64,000 nucleotides of DNA from the NCBI GenBank assembly GCA_964019335.1, contig OZ025681.1:124001-188000 (forward strand), written 5' to 3'. Position numbers and translations under genes: made by a program. A model generated the notes under the pieces. That model had not been told where the DNA came from and did no database searches. It saw only the letters and a list, made by a program, of their open reading frames with translations. Positions 34,563 to 44,690 of this stretch are shown here, in pieces (position 1 is the stretch's first letter; each line of letters starts with the position of its first letter). The stretch is from Diplonema japonicum (lineage: Eukaryota > Protista > Euglenozoa: Diplonemea).

Positions 34563-35633
34563 TCACGCAGAAAAGGGTCCTTCGAGGAAGTTTTCTATTG
34601 TCCCGTTGTACCAAGCAGACCCAAGGAACTCGCAGTCGGCCCCCTGGTCACCCCAGTTATAATTAATGTACACAGAGGGTGTGGAAGGCGGGCACCCCTC
34701 GCATGCTTCGGTCACGGGGATGAAGTCGATGTCCGAAGCATCCGCATCCTTCGCACCACAGGCCGCGACGTGCTGAAGCTGAGTGGAGTTCAGCGTCCGC
34801 TCCCCTTCAGGCGAGATGGCCTGGTCTGCGGGCGTCTTCCACAAAAACGGGTTCGTAGGCGCCTCCTCCCACGTCAAGAAGTCCTTCGTCCGGACGATAT
34901 CTTCGGCGTAGGTGTGGTAAGGCTCCTCCTTCCACGCCCTCAGGTAGATGACATACCAGTACCCGGAGGAAGGAAGGTACCAAATGGCAGGGCAGGCACT
35001 GTAGTAGTGCGTGTTGTAGATGTACTTTGTAGCGTCAAGGAAGGTCCACCCTGTAGTAGGGGTGTCGGCATAGGTGACGGCGAAGCCAATGGTGAAGCCG
35101 GCCCCGACGATGGAGGATGGCGCACCCAGCTCAATAGCCATGACGAAGGAGGGCTTGCCGTCGAACTCCCCACGCCAGACATCATTGTTGTACGAAGTGT
35201 ACTGGGTGGTGTTCCCTCCTGGGAAGGTCACCGCGGTTGAGTTGTTCCACGTGTGCAGGTCTGTGGACCAGAAGACTGTGATCTCGTTCCCCTGTCTACC
35301 ATGTCCCGGGTGTGCGGTGTTTCCTGCGAAGGTGTAGACCACTCCGTTGGCCACCATGCACGATGCGAACTGATGCCCCACCCCGTACCCCTTCGTGTAG
35401 TTCCCCCCTGCAACGTCCCTCACCCTTAGATACGGCAGGCCGTCCGCCCTCTCGTTCCCGTAGTAGTTCCCGTGCACGCTCTCCATGCGCATCAACCTCC
35501 CGTTCCACATGAAAGGAGAGGTCTCCACCATCATCGTGTCCACTGTGCCCGTCTTCACAATCCCGTGTGTGGGGGTGGTGGCAGACGACAATGACGCGAA
35601 GACCGCCATCGCCACGATCTGCTGTGGTACCAT
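34563..35633 (-). CDS. Secreted protein, probable five-bladed beta-propeller glycoside-hydrolase-like fold
   Basis: Signal peptide. Blade-like motifs WSTDLHTW, ACPAIWY..GYWYVIY, RTKDFLTWE..PTNPFL, ASDIDF. Confidence 0.65.
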   Translation of the reverse strand: MVPQQIVAMAVFASLSSATTPTHGIVKTGTVDTMMVETSPFMWNGRLMRMESVHGNYYGNERADGLPYLRVRDVAGGNYTKGYGVGHQFASCMVANGVVYTFAGNTAHPGHGRQGNEITVFWSTDLHTWNNSTAVTFPGGNTTQYTSYNNDVWRGEFDGKPSFVMAIELGAPSSIVGAGFTIGFAVTYADTPTTGWTFLDATKYIYNTHYYSACPAIWYLPSSGYWYVIYLRAWKEEPYHTYAEDIVRTKDFLTWEEAPTNPFLWKTPADQAISPEGERTLNSTQLQHVAACGAKDADASDIDFIPVTEACEGCPPSTPSVYINYNWGDQGADCEFLGSAWYNGTIENFLEGPFSA

Positions 35634-35733
35634 TTCTTTTTCTTTCCCCCCCCCCCCCTTCTGTGTTGGCGTTTTCCCCTTTTTCTTTTTTGCAAAGAGA
35701 AAAAAAAAAAAAGAAAAAACCCTTTTTGTACAC

Positions 35734-36894
35734 CTACATCGTGCATGCCTCGGAGCAGAACGGGTGGGCCAGAAGGTTAACGGCGTTGACGGGCAAGCTC
35801 TTCAGGGCCTTAACACTACGCTTCGCCATGTGCGTGAAGCCGCTGTCATCCCAGCACAACGACGGCGGCTCACAAGAACCCGACACGTACGTAGCCTCGT
35901 GACGCGACGCCCATCTCGTGTAAAACACATGCCGTGCCTCTTGGTAAAGAGCTAGATCGTGTGTGTTCTCAGAGTATATCTTCACACGAAGCGCCTCTCG
36001 AAGCCGCGGCTCCTCGGGGGGGTAGGGACGACAGCGAAAGTACTTATTCTTCGGAAGAGTAGTGTTGGAGAGGCGGTATATACTGTATAGCGACTTCTCG
36101 GCCTCGTCTTCAAAAAACACGGTGAAATTCCCCCCCCGGATGATAGATATGGCAGAAGAGAGATGCTGTTTGGTGGCCACAGTACGCAGGTCCAACCCAA
36201 GTAGGGTCTTTACGTAGACATTGCGGGTCTGCTCACACGAGGCGAGGCGGTCTGAGTTGAAATTTATCAGTGCATTGACATTACGAGGCATTCTGAAGGA
36301 ATCGCTACATTGCCAGCTGTCAGTGTGCCCTGCGAGTGATGCTTGGAAGGCATCATGGTAACGAAGAATGGGGTCCTTAAAGGACATTGTGAATATAGTG
36401 ACAGCTTCGGGGTGTATGTGAAGAAAGCCTCGTTCTGACCCGTATCTTTTCAATGTCCTCTGAGCGTTCTTAAAGGAAGATTCTGTTAAGTACTCTATTC
36501 CATCTCCTGAGACTGGTCTTGCTTCTCGTGTTTTATCAACGTGGTGCCGTCTCATAGGGCCCAGCGTGCAGTCTATGGTTTCTCCGCCTCCATGGGGTAT
36601 GTCAATCAGTGTTAAAACAGATTTAGATCGTAAATCCTGCGTGGGTACTGGGGTTTGCGGTGTACTTGGTGGTGCAGAGGTAAGTGGGGGGTCGGTTTTT
36701 CGTTTTGATTTGTTGTTGCGAATAAAGACAACTGGTGGGGATCGGGATGGTGCTATGGTTGGCTTGGGTTTCTCTTGAACGTGATATTCGTCTGTTTTAA
36801 ACCACGAGACTGCCCATTCTCTCCATATTAGAAACCCTGTGAAACCAACCCACAGGGTGATGAGAACCGATCGAAAGGCGGGACGACTTGGCAT
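35734..36894 (-). CDS. Type II membrane sulfotransferase-like protein with divergent PAPS motifs
   Basis: N-terminal TM and Pro/Thr stem. IDIPHGGGETI (cf. HIPKTGGT), FKDPILRYHDAF (cf. RDP..R..S), ENTHDLALY. Confidence 0.65.
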   Translation of the reverse strand: MPSRPAFRSVLITLWVGFTGFLIWREWAVSWFKTDEYHVQEKPKPTIAPSRSPPVVFIRNNKSKRKTDPPLTSAPPSTPQTPVPTQDLRSKSVLTLIDIPHGGGETIDCTLGPMRRHHVDKTREARPVSGDGIEYLTESSFKNAQRTLKRYGSERGFLHIHPEAVTIFTMSFKDPILRYHDAFQASLAGHTDSWQCSDSFRMPRNVNALINFNSDRLASCEQTRNVYVKTLLGLDLRTVATKQHLSSAISIIRGGNFTVFFEDEAEKSLYSIYRLSNTTLPKNKYFRCRPYPPEEPRLREALRVKIYSENTHDLALYQEARHVFYTRWASRHEATYVSGSCEPPSLCWDDSGFTHMAKRSVKALKSLPVNAVNLLAHPFCSEACTM

Positions 36895-38242
36895 TTCTTT
36901 TTTTTTTTTTTACCCCCGTTCTGTTTTATAAAAAAGAATTTACACGGGGAAAAAAAAAAAAAAAAGAAAAATGGGGAGGGAAAGGAATGGAATGTAGTAC
37001 TTTTTTTTTTTTTTTTTTACCCCTCTTTTTTTTTTTTCTTTCTTTTTCTTTTTCCTTTTCTTTTTCTTTTTTTTTTTTTTCCTTTTCTTTTTTTTTTTTT
37101 CTTTTTTTCCAATCTTTTTTTTTTTTTTTTTTGACATCTCAAAATTAAAAAAAAAAAAAAAATGAGAAAAAAAAAAACAAAAAGAAACGGCTAACGAACT
37201 AAAAATTCTTGTGCGCAGTGGTTACACTCTTTTCTTCCTAATAAAAGAGATTATTTGTAACCCAGTGTTCCAAACTTTCCTTTTTTTTTTTGACAACTAC
37301 AAATAACAGTGCGTGTTCGTCGCAGAAAGGGCAACAAGAAAAGGGAAAAAAAATACCTTTTATGAAAAGAAGAGCTAGTTCTGATAGTTTGCGCCAGCTG
37401 GGGCAACAATGCTACTCACAACTCTTACTATAGCAATAAGTTTAAAGCAAAAAAAGAATCTTTTTAAAAAGGTACAAAACCAAAAAAAAAAAAAAGAAAA
37501 AAAAAGGAAATTATCGGGCGTAAAAATAAAAAAAAAAAAAAAAAAAAGTGGTGCTGTTAAAAAAGCTTTTAGGAGAGGGGAAAAAAAATTGTACCTTTTT
37601 CCTTTCTTTTTGTACCCCCCTGTTTTATACAAAATACCGTGGGGAAAATCCCATCCCGCTAAAAAAAAAAAAAAAAAAGAAACAAAATAAAAAAAACGGG
37701 GGAAAGAAAAAAAAAAAAAAAGGAAAAACATTAAAAGTATTTCCTTTTTTCTTTTTTTCCCTGTTAAAATGAAGAGAGGGAGAAAGAAAGGGGAAAAAAA
37801 AAAAAGAAATAAGAACGAGGAACATACGAGAGGAATAAATGTGCAAGAAGAAAGGGGGGAAAAAAAAAGAAAAAAGAAGAAGAAGAAAAAAAAAAAGAAA
37901 TAATGACACCGTTGTGCATTCATCTTTACCAAATAACCTCTTAGGCTCACCCATCATGGATATAGAAAGTTATCCACACAAACAAGAGATTTCTTCAAAA
38001 AAAAAGAAACCAAATGTAGATAGAATGGGCGAGGTACCCGGGGGGAAGGAAAGGTAAAAGAAAGAACAAAAATAAATGTATTCGTTTTTCGGTATTTTCT
38101 TTTTTTGTTTTGTTTCCTTTCTTTTTCTCTTTCTTTAATTATTCATCTTGCACTTTAAAAAAAGAAGAAAAATGTATCAAAAAAAAAAAGAAAGAACAAG
38201 GTTGCAAAGAGAAAAAAAAAAAGAGAAAAAAAAGTAAACTCA

Positions 38243-38602
38243 TCAGAAGAACTCATCCTCATCTAACATTCTGCATAACTCGCGCTCGATACAGATGCCG
38301 TTTGCCAGTAGCTCTGCGGTGCCAAGCTTCCCAACAGGGATATTTTCTAGAACCGTTTCCCCATGTATTTGGAATCTTTCTTCGAGCCTCTGCTTGTGCT
38401 GATTGACGTGAATTCTGTGACAGCAGTGGGCCCTGCAGTACCCGGAGGCAAAGAACTCAGGGCACCTGCTCCCCACCACCTCTGACTGCACTCGCTTCGT
38501 CAGCAGCTGGCACTCACGGCACCTCAGGGTCGCAATGCCCTTCTTGCTGATCCGAGCAGTCTCCCAGTTGTTATGCATGCATTCCGCACCGATAGCAGGC
38601 AT
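38243..38602 (-). CDS. Small Cys/His zinc-finger protein (CxHNxW..LRCREC plus CCCH-like finger)
   Basis: Clean ATG-to-stop ORF amid homopolymer DNA. The motif is shared with 63125..63826. Confidence 0.75.
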   Translation of the reverse strand: MPAIGAECMHNNWETARISKKGIATLRCRECQLLTKRVQSEVVGSRCPEFFASGYCRAHCCHRIHVNQHKQRLEERFQIHGETVLENIPVGKLGTAELLANGICIERELCRMLDEDEFF

Positions 38603-38632
38603 TTTTTATTTTTTTTTTTTTAAACCTGTGTG

Positions 38633-38664
<32 letters not shown>

Positions 38665-38728
38665 ATTATTCATCACAGAAAAATAAAGAAAGGAGATTGG
38701 GGGAGGGACCTCTACGCAACCAACAAAA

Positions 38729-38760
<32 letters not shown>

Positions 38761-39132
38761 CCCGCTCGTGCGCACAAACAAATGGGGCGCCAAACTAGTT
38801 TTTTTTCTTCTTTTTCCCCATGACTTCACTGCTTGAGGGTCTTGCTGCCCCTTTGACTGGCGATCTTTAAAAAAAAAAGAAACTGAGAGAAAATGCCCGA
38901 AGTCTATTTTTGGTTGCGCTGAGTTGGTGCACAGCAAACCCTTTTCCCTGTAACAGCCCGCTCTCCTCATATTGCCTTACAAGGGTACTATGAGTTTATA
39001 TATCAGCACAGCCGACGGCGATCAAAAGACTCGTTGCTAGAGGGAAGTGGCCGTTGAAACCCGTGGGGGGGGGGGGGGGGGGGGTTCCTCTGTAATGGAC
39101 GAAAGTTATTTCACTTTCTTTTTTTTTTTTAA

Positions 39133-40917
39133 CCATTAAGCCCACAGGCAAAAAACCGAAAAAAGCCCATTTTTGAGGCGATTCCAAAAAATTCAAAAAA
39201 AAATGGCAGCATTTAACCATACAAAGTGTTCTTTTTATGGAGAAATGACCTCTGGAGACATTCAGGTATCAGGGTTCCCCTGAACTGGCTTTTGAACTTA
39301 TGATTTTTGACCCAACACCCTTTTTGGTAGGGGGGGGAAGAGGAGTAGAAAAAAGTGCAAAATAAATAATAATAAAATGCACTAAAAACCCCTTGTAACA
39401 CTATTCTAGCCCAGATTTAGCTTGCGTTTCACACCTCTCTGGCCAGTGGAGGGGGTTCGGGGGTCCATCAGTGAGTTTCTGGTACTTGTCGGTGTTTCGG
39501 GCTCCTGAAGATCATCCTCGGTGATGTCTTCGTTCAGGTGGTAAAGCCAAAAGCAAGGTGTGGAATAGAGGCACTTGCCACAGGTGGAACATTCATAGCC
39601 AGAGGACCTTCTGGGACCCATGCAATGATGGACTACGCACCTATTATGCTAATTTTTGCAGGAAAATGCTCTTTTGATGCGGTCAAACCTTACATCCTCG
39701 AGTCTTGTGGTCTCGATGGTGCAGGTTCTTTGCCCATGCATTTACAGAGGCCGTGTGCGATGCATTCTTCCAGTTCATTGGACTTATGCGGGAATTGACG
39801 CTCTTCGCAAGTACCCAGCAGTTGAAGAGGCTTTTGTCAAGCAGGAACCTTAATATTTTCATCTGCCACCGGCGGCTTTGGACTACTTTGTGTTGCGTTG
39901 GGTGGCAGCGTCGTTCCCATCTACACCCCCCATAAGGGAGGTGTAGGTTTCAACGACCTTTGGATGGGAAAGGCGACCCTGGACTTTTTCTTTGCCTTGC
40001 CGACCCATCTTTGACGAGTGGCGGTCATCTTTGGCTTGAAAGGGGGTGCGCTCAGGAGAAGCACAAGCTTTCCGCCCTGCCACAAAAAAAATGTGCATGC
40101 CGGGCCTTGTTGGAACACACGGAACTCTCCCCTTTTCATCACCTGCCCCCGTTCCTTGATAGTCCATCGCAGCTTCAACCAGCCAGCGGGCCTTGTAGAG
40201 TTTGTCATGCCGGGCTGATCTCATCTCGATCAGGGTCCCGTGATGGGTCCTTGCACAGATATATGTTTCCAAAGAACAGCTCAAACCGGTTTCCGGACAT
40301 GACGCGCGCAAATCCCTGAGTATGCATAATGGAGTCAGGATCGGTTTTCCAGTAGTCACGGAAGTTGGGACGGATGGTGAGGTCCATTAACACCCATAGG
40401 CCCAGAAACGCTCGGATTTCGGCTTCCGTGACTCTTTTGTCGATTTTGCGGCGCTCTAGGTGGTTGTTTGTGAATGCTGTCAGGCATCGGAGGGTGTATG
40501 GTGTAAAAAAGGAATAAAAAAGCTGGAGAGGGCTCTTCCCTGTTGGATCGTCTGCTGGTTCGATTACACTGCCTCTTTCCACCCCATTTCCTCCAATTCT
40601 TCCACACTTTCCTCCCCCCAAGTACTACTAGACTCAGAACTACCATTTTCTGACATTTCTTTGCATTCTTCATCACTCACGACCAGCCCTCTGCTCCAGT
40701 CGAGTATTCTTCATTCTCAAATCATTTTCCCCCGGATTTTCGACCTCTCAAATTCTTAAAGTAATGCTGAAAAAGGGCAGCATTTAGCCAAACAAAGTGG
40801 AAAAAATCGCGCAATGGCGTCAGAAAAGTGAAAGAAAGGTCATAATTTGACCAAAAGGCCTATAGATTTTTTCTTTTTTTTTTTATGTCATCTATATATG
40901 ACATGTGGGTTTAATGG
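39133..40917 (-). mobile_element. piggyBac-family transposon relic, internally deleted and frameshifted
   Basis: TTAA on both flanks. TIR CCATTAAGCCCACA / TGTGGGTTTAATGG (one mismatch). Remnants SPLQLFYSFF, EIRAFLGLWVLM, MSGNRFE, YTSLMGGVD and a C-terminal Cys-rich segment CSTCGKCL..CFWLYH. Confidence 0.92.
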
Positions 40918-41331
40918 TTAAATTTTTTAAAACGAAAACAAAAAAAACAAATAAGGAACGTAACCTTGTCTACCTATTCTCATTTACGGGGGGGGGTAGG
41001 AATGGAAAAGATACGCAAGTGTGAATTCTGGAGAAAACAGTAAATAAAAATAATTCTTTATGACTATATGTCTTTGTTGTTCGCGTTTTTAAAAAGCTGC
41101 GAAAGTTTTTTGCTCGGCACAAGTTGCATATAGTTATAAAATCATTTTTTGAAAGATAAATATTTGTTAACAAAAAAGAAATTGTGGAGGGATAGGTAGA
41201 AAGAAAGAAGCAAACTGTTTTCAAACATAACTTATGGTGAAATAGAAAACCTCCGAGAATTCCTCTCCCTCTCGGACAAAGAAGAAAAACCCGAATACCT
41301 GGCCATATATATATTTACGCATGAAAAAAAA

Positions 41332-41377
41332 TTCACTGTGATGATGACAGGAACGAAGTGGTTAGCAACGGCCCGCC
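41332..41377 (-). repeat. Copy of the 39-nt dispersed motif with a small internal expansion
   Basis: TTCACTGTGATGATGACAGGAACGAAGTGGTTAGCAACGGCCCGCC between A tracts. Confidence 0.85.
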
Positions 41378-41609
41378 AAAAAAAAAAACGTTTCCGTTTC
41401 CGTTTCCTTAGCCGTTTCCTTTATTTTTCAGATACTTAAGGAAACGGCCCCCAAAAAGTAAGATATTAGAAAACGGGGAAACGTTTCCCGTTTCCTTATT
41501 TAAAAAAAAAAATAAGTGCTTGGAAACGCGTTTCTTGCTTGTTTTCTTGCCAGCGGGACTTTTGAAATGAATTAATTTAAGGAAATTTCACTAAGGTTTT
41601 CTCCAAGGC

Positions 41610-44267
41610 TCAACTCCTTTCCCCCTCTTCCGTGTTTATAGTGACAGCGTGGTGCGGGCTGTCAATAAGTTGCAATGGGTTGCTGGTGTACACTTGGAAC
41701 CCTTCTGGGAGCTCCCCGTACACGTTACCTGTCTCATAAGAACTTGTAGTGGCGGTGGTGTCAGCCCTGGGGATCCCCATCATGCTTCGCTGAGTAGAGA
41801 AAGAACCCTCCGGACTAGGCGGGAGGGAACACTGCGAAAGAATCGATGTAAGCTGCCTCATAGTAGGCCTGCTGAGCGGATCCTGCTGAAGACAAGGCAG
41901 CACAATTCTTTCCCACAGACCCTTGCACTCGGCAGACCGTCCCACACACTCCGGTGTCACCGGCAGAACACCACTTGAAATCAGCTCCTTCACCCTTGGG
42001 ATTGTCATCGGGCGGCCATAAGGAGGCCCGCTTGCCAGAACCTCATACATCAACATCCCGAAAGACCACACATCGTAGAATGAAGTTGCTTTTCTCCGGT
42101 CTGTCATTGCCTCAGGCGGTGCCCATGGGTATGAGATCATCGCAGAGGGCTCCCCTTCACACTTCATCATCCCGAAGTCTGTGAGCTTGTACTTCCCGTC
42201 TTCCGTCACCAGAACGTTGCGGCATGCTACATCCATGTGGACCTTCCCTTTGCTGTGTATGTATGATAGAGCACGGGCAACCTCAAGGCCCATGGTGACG
42301 GCGAGTCTCTGGCGTTGTGCGTCCTCGACAGGGCGGTATGCCAGCTGGATGGCAGACGCTTCGCAAAGTTCCATTATGATGAAAATGCTGCTATCTGTCC
42401 CTCTGCTGTACCCGTAGAAGTTGACCACAGACGACATTCTCATGTCGTTCATGTGCATGAGCTCCTGCACGAACGAGATCCTGTCCTTGCACAACCCGTC
42501 CGCCTTTAGCTCCTTCACCGCCACGTGCTGCTGCAGGTTTTTGTACCACACCTTCCATACCCTTCCTGCGCGGCCTTTGCCTAGTTCTTCCCAGTTCTCT
42601 GTGGGGCCAAGGTCTTCCAAAGGCAGTTCTCGATTCGTCGGGAGCTCTTCCAGCAGCCCAGCTTCTACACGTTGGAGCTTCGCCATCATCGTCCCGTCTG
42701 TGATGGAGAAGAGCGGGCCGTCGTGGACAGGTCCTGCGTGGACCTCCGTCATGTTGTACACCTTTTGCAGCCAGGTGAGTGTTGCATGGCTGCAGAGGAG
42801 CCTTTCGTCGATCGCCTCTGCAATGTCTAAGATGTCGTTGCAAAGCTCCACCCCAGGGCCTGTGATGGACATCCCAAGGCGTTCGGCAGTTCCCAGGACA
42901 CCAACTTGGCACTCCCCCCACACCACTGCCGTCCTTGCTTGTGACTTTGCGGACAGCGAATCTTTGATGGCCAACGCACATGCCGATGCTAAGGTGCATA
43001 TCGCAGCAGACCTGTGCAAGTTCACCACTTCGCCGTTGTTCTGCCCGGCTACGTTTTCAAAACACGCTTTGATGGACTCTCCCGTGCTTTTGGACAGCCA
43101 CACCCTTCCTTTCCCCAGCGGTGCGGACCACGAGTCCGTCATCACAACGGGTGACACAGGGATGTCCTCGTACCTTCCGTCTTGCAGGCGCACCTCGCGC
43201 TGCCCGAACGGCACGTTGTACGCACGCAGCGAGTACATGTTGCTGCCCTGCTGGGTGATCTTGATCACGAGTGGCCCGACCCCCCAGCACCCTGTGATGT
43301 GCTTCGTTCGTTCCGTGCCGAAGACAGCAAGGCACGCCCTGGCATCGAAGCTGTGGATCGTTGCGTTCCATGTCTGCGCCGCGTTGAAGACCGCAGACAG
43401 GAACTCCTTTTCGTTCGAAGAGCTGCTGAGCACAATCTTCAAGAGACCGATTTCCTTCGTCTCCAACGGAAGCGAGACGTCTCCCCCGGCCATCGCGATG
43501 TCGGGAAGATAAGGTTTGAAACCGCGGAGGTTTGCCGTGAGGTGGGCAAGCGCCATGCGTGTCTCCGTCTGCGCGGGGTAGCGGAGAAGAGCACTCTCCG
43601 CCGACTCAAGGTCAAGCACAGAGAGTGCAGAACAAACAGACTTGGTGATGTTGTGGAGGCTGAGAGCGTGCTGCCCAAGACCGAAGACAAGGGCAACATT
43701 TGAAAGAAAGATGCATAGCCGGACAGAGAGGCAGTTGATAGCCCATTTGGGGCCACGGCCTTGCAGCCGTGAGACGTATGTCATGTTGCGCTCGTCCCCA
43801 AGCCAGTACAGCCCGTAATCTTCTGCGTCTTCAATTGTTTTTGCGATGATGTAGCATGTGGACAGCAGTACGACGAAGACGCGCACACCAACGCGCGCCC
43901 CGCACAAGAAGGACACATCGACTACGAGCAGCAGCCACAGCCACATGTCGAGCTGGCCGTAGGCAAGCGTGTCCTGGAGGCATATGAGCATCGCTGACAT
44001 CACGCACAGTGTTTCCGTCAAAAACAAGTTTAGCTTTCCGTTCCGCAATGCGTCCACGGCAACATAGCCATATGTTATGATCCACACCAAGCACAACACG
44101 ACCCCCACGGTGTCCCCCGACCAGTAGTCCTCCACCATCCTCACGAGACACGCGAAGCAAACCAACAAGAATACCGGGACCACCACATCTTCCAGCGCGG
44201 TGCCCTGCGTCCGAATATATCTCAGACGCATTTGAAGCTTGTGCAGCAGTGAGTTGGAAGTCATCAT
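41610..44267 (-). CDS. Multi-pass membrane protein with a degenerate class III nucleotide-cyclase domain and a tyrosine-kinase-like domain
   Basis: About 6 hydrophobic segments. Cyclase-like IHSFDARACLAVFG and GECQVGVLG..ITGPGV. Kinase GKGRAG, VAVK, HMDVACRN, DFG, WAPPEA, DVWSFG. Start placed at MMTSNS. Confidence 0.8.
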   Translation of the reverse strand: MMTSNSLLHKLQMRLRYIRTQGTALEDVVVPVFLLVCFACLVRMVEDYWSGDTVGVVLCLVWIITYGYVAVDALRNGKLNLFLTETLCVMSAMLICLQDTLAYGQLDMWLWLLLVVDVSFLCGARVGVRVFVVLLSTCYIIAKTIEDAEDYGLYWLGDERNMTYVSRLQGRGPKWAINCLSVRLCIFLSNVALVFGLGQHALSLHNITKSVCSALSVLDLESAESALLRYPAQTETRMALAHLTANLRGFKPYLPDIAMAGGDVSLPLETKEIGLLKIVLSSSSNEKEFLSAVFNAAQTWNATIHSFDARACLAVFGTERTKHITGCWGVGPLVIKITQQGSNMYSLRAYNVPFGQREVRLQDGRYEDIPVSPVVMTDSWSAPLGKGRVWLSKSTGESIKACFENVAGQNNGEVVNLHRSAAICTLASACALAIKDSLSAKSQARTAVVWGECQVGVLGTAERLGMSITGPGVELCNDILDIAEAIDERLLCSHATLTWLQKVYNMTEVHAGPVHDGPLFSITDGTMMAKLQRVEAGLLEELPTNRELPLEDLGPTENWEELGKGRAGRVWKVWYKNLQQHVAVKELKADGLCKDRISFVQELMHMNDMRMSSVVNFYGYSRGTDSSIFIIMELCEASAIQLAYRPVEDAQRQRLAVTMGLEVARALSYIHSKGKVHMDVACRNVLVTEDGKYKLTDFGMMKCEGEPSAMISYPWAPPEAMTDRRKATSFYDVWSFGMLMYEVLASGPPYGRPMTIPRVKELISSGVLPVTPECVGRSAECKGLWERIVLPCLQQDPLSRPTMRQLTSILSQCSLPPSPEGSFSTQRSMMGIPRADTTATTSSYETGNVYGELPEGFQVYTSNPLQLIDSPHHAVTINTEEGERS

Positions 44268-44478
44268 TTTTCTCTCGCTTCCACCCTCTCCCTCCCTTCC
44301 TGTGTTGGTGGATTTCTTTTCTTCTCTGAAAACAGAAAGAATGAATATGAACAAAAGGTTAACTCTTCTTTTTGTGCCCCCCACTATTCGCAAAAAGAGG
44401 CCAGGGATACGAGAAAAACTCTTTTCTTTCTTTCTTTCTTTCTTTTTTAGTGATGAAAAAGCTTTTCGTGTCCTCCAC

Positions 44479-44656
44479 TAGGGCTACGTTGTCGGCGCCG
44501 TACGTACGCGTATTTCGAACGTACGCGGTACGCACTTTTTTCCCATTTGCCCCTCTAATGTAAGCCAAGGAAAGTGACCCGTAGCCTGTACCTGTAAGGA
44601 GCCGTACGCACTTTTCAGATTTTGCTGCGTACGCGTACGCCGACAACGTAGCACTG
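44479..44656. mobile_element. MITE with hAT-like termini
   Basis: TAGGGCTACGTTGTCGGCG / CGCCGACAACGTAGCACTG with many internal CGTACG motifs. No clear 8-bp TSD. Confidence 0.65.
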
Positions 44657-44690
44657 GGGGGGGGGGGGAGCTTGCTGTAAAGCAGCTTAG

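Noticed and set aside
41389-41530. Cluster of CGTTTCC/GGAAACG motifs in both orientations
   Set aside because: Probably a decayed MITE interior, but no termini or TSD could be defined.
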